DNA from: Vicinamibacterales bacterium
GTDB lineage: Bacteria > Acidobacteriota > Vicinamibacteria > Vicinamibacterales > UBA823
Reading direction: 5' to 3'
Length of the DNA stretch: 64,000 nt
NCBI GenBank assembly: GCA_965197385.1
Contig: CBDANA010000007.1
Coordinates: forward strand, 68,054-132,053
The notes beneath the pieces were generated by a model. It worked only from the letters and a program-made list of their open reading frames with translations, searched no databases and had not been told where the DNA came from. The translations under genes and the position numbers were made by a program. Shown piece by piece: positions 61,738 to 64,000 of this stretch. Position 1 is the first letter of the stretch; each line of letters begins with the position of its first letter.

Positions 61738-62531
61738 GCGCTACCGAGCCCACGGACGATCCCCATCAGCGCACCGACCTTCGAGGCGTCCACGTAGGCT
61801 CCGCTCTTGAGGCTCGTGCCAACGATCGCGCCGTCAGCGGCGCGTAGCAGCTCGGCCGCATTCGACGCGTCGAGCCCGCTGCCGATCAGCACCGGACAAT
61901 GACCGGTGCCGCGTTTCGCCTCGACGACCGCGGCCGCGGGCGGCGGCTCACCGGTGACCGCGCCGGTCACGATGATCGCGTCCGCCGCACAGTCGGTCGC
62001 TTGCGCAGCCGATTCGGCCAGCGGTCGCGTGTCGATCATCTGGGCGTACTTGACCTGGATGTCGGCCAGGATCAGTTCGTTACGCGCGCCGATGCTCGCG
62101 CGGTACTCGAGGAGGCGCTGCGGATCGATCTCCATCGGCCCGAACTCCGGCCGCTCCATCGGATCGACGAAGTAGTCGGTTCGGATGAACGACGCGCCCG
62201 CCATGTGCGCCGGCGCCAGCGAAGCCTCCGGATCGTTCAGCAGGATCTGCGCGCCGATTGTCGGACCGCTGGACGCCAGGACGAGCTCGCGCGTCACGCG
62301 GGTCAGTGTCGAGATAGTCTCGGGGCCCGCCTTCAACCGCCTCGGCTCATCTTCGTCGTTGACGACCAGCACGCCGTGGACGCCGCCGTGCTCGAGGGCC
62401 GAAAAGTCCCGGAGCGCCTTCTTGAGAATCTCGCCGAGGCCGGGAGAATTTCCAGAACCGGGCAACGCCGGCAGGTGGATGACGCCGATGATCGGCTTGG
62501 GAGCTGGAAAGCGATCGGTGAAGCGTGTCAT
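61734..62531 (-). CDS. BtpA/SgcQ-family TIM-barrel protein
   Basis: KPIIGVIHLPALPGS...HGVLVVNDED...FIRTDYF is the BtpA family pattern. The start ATG shares a base with the glpK stop (TGATG). Confidence 0.85.
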   Translation of the reverse strand: MTRFTDRFPAPKPIIGVIHLPALPGSGNSPGLGEILKKALRDFSALEHGGVHGVLVVNDEDEPRRLKAGPETISTLTRVTRELVLASSGPTIGAQILLNDPEASLAPAHMAGASFIRTDYFVDPMERPEFGPMEIDPQRLLEYRASIGARNELILADIQVKYAQMIDTRPLAESAAQATDCAADAIIVTGAVTGEPPPAAAVVEAKRGTGHCPVLIGSGLDASNAAELLRAADGAIVGTSLKSGAYVDASKVGALMGIVRGLGSA

Positions 62532-64000
62532 CAAGAGTCGTCCGCCGCGGCCGCGCGGACGTGACGGACGGCCCGGACCCACGCCGCGTACAGCCGGTTG
62601 CGCTCACGCGGCGGCATCGCCGGCCGGAATAGCCGATCGCGCCGTCGTACGCCGCGCAGCGCCTCTGGGCTATCCCAGAACCCGACGCCCAGACCTGCCA
62701 GGAACGCCGCCCCGGACGCGGTCGTTTCCAGCGTCGTCGGCCGGTCCACCGGCACCCCCAACACATCCGCCTGAAACTGCATCAGAAAACTGTTGGCCGC
62801 GGCGCCACCGTCGACCCGAAGTTCCTGGAGGGGCGCCCCGGAAGCCGCCATGGCGTCGACGACGTCGCGCGTCTGGTAGGCCAGGCTTTCCAGTGTGGCC
62901 CGCACGATGTGGTTGCGGCCGGCGCCGCGGGTAAGTCCGACGATCGCGCCGCGCGCGTTCATGTCCCAATGCGGGGCGCCGAGACCGGTGAACGCGGGCA
63001 CGACAGTCACGCCGAGCGTGTCGGGCACGCTAGCCGCGACCGCCTCGGTGTCGGCCGCCGTTTCGATGAGGCCCAGCTCGTCGCGCAGCCACTGAATGGC
63101 TGCGCCCGCGACGAAGATCGACCCTTCCAAGGCGTACACCGCCTGCCCGGTCGCGTCGCAGCACAGCGTGGTCAGCAGCCCCTCACGCACCGGCGGCCGC
63201 TGGGGGCCCATGTTCATCACGATGAAGCAGCCGGTGCCGTAGGTGTTCTTCGCCATCCCCGGCTCCCAGCATCCTTGGCCGTAGAGCGCCGCCTGCTGGT
63301 CGCCCGCCATCCCGGCTACCGGCACGCCGCCCGGCACGCTGTCATGCTGGCAGGTCTCGCCGAACACACCGCTGCTCGGCTTGACGTCCGGCAGCATCGT
63401 GCCAGGGACGTCGAGCATCTCCAGCAGCAGGGGGTCCCACCGTCGATCGTGGATGTTGTAGAGGAGGGTCCGGGAGGCGTTGGTCGGCTCGGTCGCCCAC
63501 ACGCCGCCGGTCAGCTTCCACAGCAGCCAGGTATCGATCGTCCCGAATAGCAGCTCGCCGTCCTGCGCTTTCGATCGCGCGTCAGGATAGCGGTCGAGGA
63601 TCCACTTGATCTTCGTGCCGGAGAAGTAGGCGTCGATGACCAGGCCGGTGCGCTCTCGCACCGTTTCGGTCTGGCCGTCGGCAATCAGGCGCTCGCAGAT
63701 ATCGGCCGTCTGGCGGCTCTGCCAGACGATCGCGCGATGGATCGGGCGGCCCGTCCGGCGGTCCCAGATGACCGTCGTCTCGCGCTGGTTCGTGATCCCG
63801 ATCCCCTTGAGGTCGCGCGGCTGCGCGCCGGCGGCCGCCAGCGCCTCGCCCATGACACGCTGGCTCACCTGCCAAATCTCGTCCGGGTCGTGTTCGACCC
63901 AGCCGGCTTGCGGGTAGTGCTGGGTGAATTCCGAGTAGGCCCGGCCGACGATCAGACCGTCGTCCGAGAAGACGAGCGCCGTGCTACCAGTCGTGCCCTG
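62531..64000 (-). CDS. glpK: glycerol kinase (N-terminus beyond window end)
   Basis: [12 protein letters not shown]..., [45 protein letters not shown] and GLGAPHWD are FGGY/GlpK signatures. The ORF stays open to nt 64000. Confidence 0.92.
   Translation of the reverse strand, partial: QGTTGSTALVFSDDGLIVGRAYSEFTQHYPQAGWVEHDPDEIWQVSQRVMGEALAAAGAQPRDLKGIGITNQRETTVIWDRRTGRPIHRAIVWQSRQTADICERLIADGQTETVRERTGLVIDAYFSGTKIKWILDRYPDARSKAQDGELLFGTIDTWLLWKLTGGVWATEPTNASRTLLYNIHDRRWDPLLLEMLDVPGTMLPDVKPSSGVFGETCQHDSVPGGVPVAGMAGDQQAALYGQGCWEPGMAKNTYGTGCFIVMNMGPQRPPVREGLLTTLCCDATGQAVYALEGSIFVAGAAIQWLRDELGLIETAADTEAVAASVPDTLGVTVVPAFTGLGAPHWDMNARGAIVGLTRGAGRNHIVRATLESLAYQTRDVVDAMAASGAPLQELRVDGGAAANSFLMQFQADVLGVPVDRPTTLETTASGAAFLAGLGVGFWDSPEALRGVRRRDRLFRPAMPPRERNRLYAAWVRAVRHVRAAAADDS

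Overview
High-GC bacterial chromosomal window. The protein families suggest a soil Acidobacteriota- or Gemmatimonadota-type genome, but that taxonomic guess is inference only. There are about 60 densely packed protein-coding genes on both strands, mostly core metabolism and transport:
- frdABCD fumarate reductase
- a GcvT-like aminomethyltransferase next to two tandem CrtI/PYROXD2-like FAD oxidoreductases and a P5C-dehydrogenase-like aldehyde dehydrogenase
- LOG
- DUF47 plus PiT phosphate uptake
- modABC plus a divergent HTH-TOBE regulator
- bshB1-bshA (bacillithiol) translationally coupled to a giant PIG-L protein
- a HEAT-repeat/cyclophilin fusion plus an M49 peptidase
- tryptophan-dioxygenase-like and cyclase genes
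- vapBC
- an SSS symporter
- glpK-btpA-pfkB

I recognised no rRNA, tRNA or CRISPR array.

Accessory and decay features:
- a degenerate IS3-family element split precisely by two different IS110-family elements lying tail to tail
- several disrupted genes: esterase with an in-frame TAG, APC permease with two frameshifts and two stops, a DUF222 remnant, and an amidohydrolase/monooxygenase chimera

Most interesting observations:
1. An OsmC/Ohr-family gene has a single in-frame UGA at the catalytic-Cys position, followed by a SECIS-like hairpin. It is a candidate selenoprotein.
2. Heptanucleotide tandem repeats occur in intergenic DNA. One array has 44 perfect GGCTC[T/C]G units starting on a stop codon. 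Three convergent gene junctions share the layout (GGCNNTN)n ... (NAGAGCC)n.
3. The nested IS3/IS110 structure has non-coding IS110 ends that could encode bridge/seek RNAs.
4. A MITE- or REP-like 51-nt repeat family and several long perfect inverted repeats sit in divergent promoter regions.

Caveat: two of the frameshifts lie in or next to short homopolymer runs. Some of the pseudogene calls, and the UGA itself, could therefore be assembly or sequencing errors. All calls come from reading the sequence and ORF translations by eye; no database search was run.
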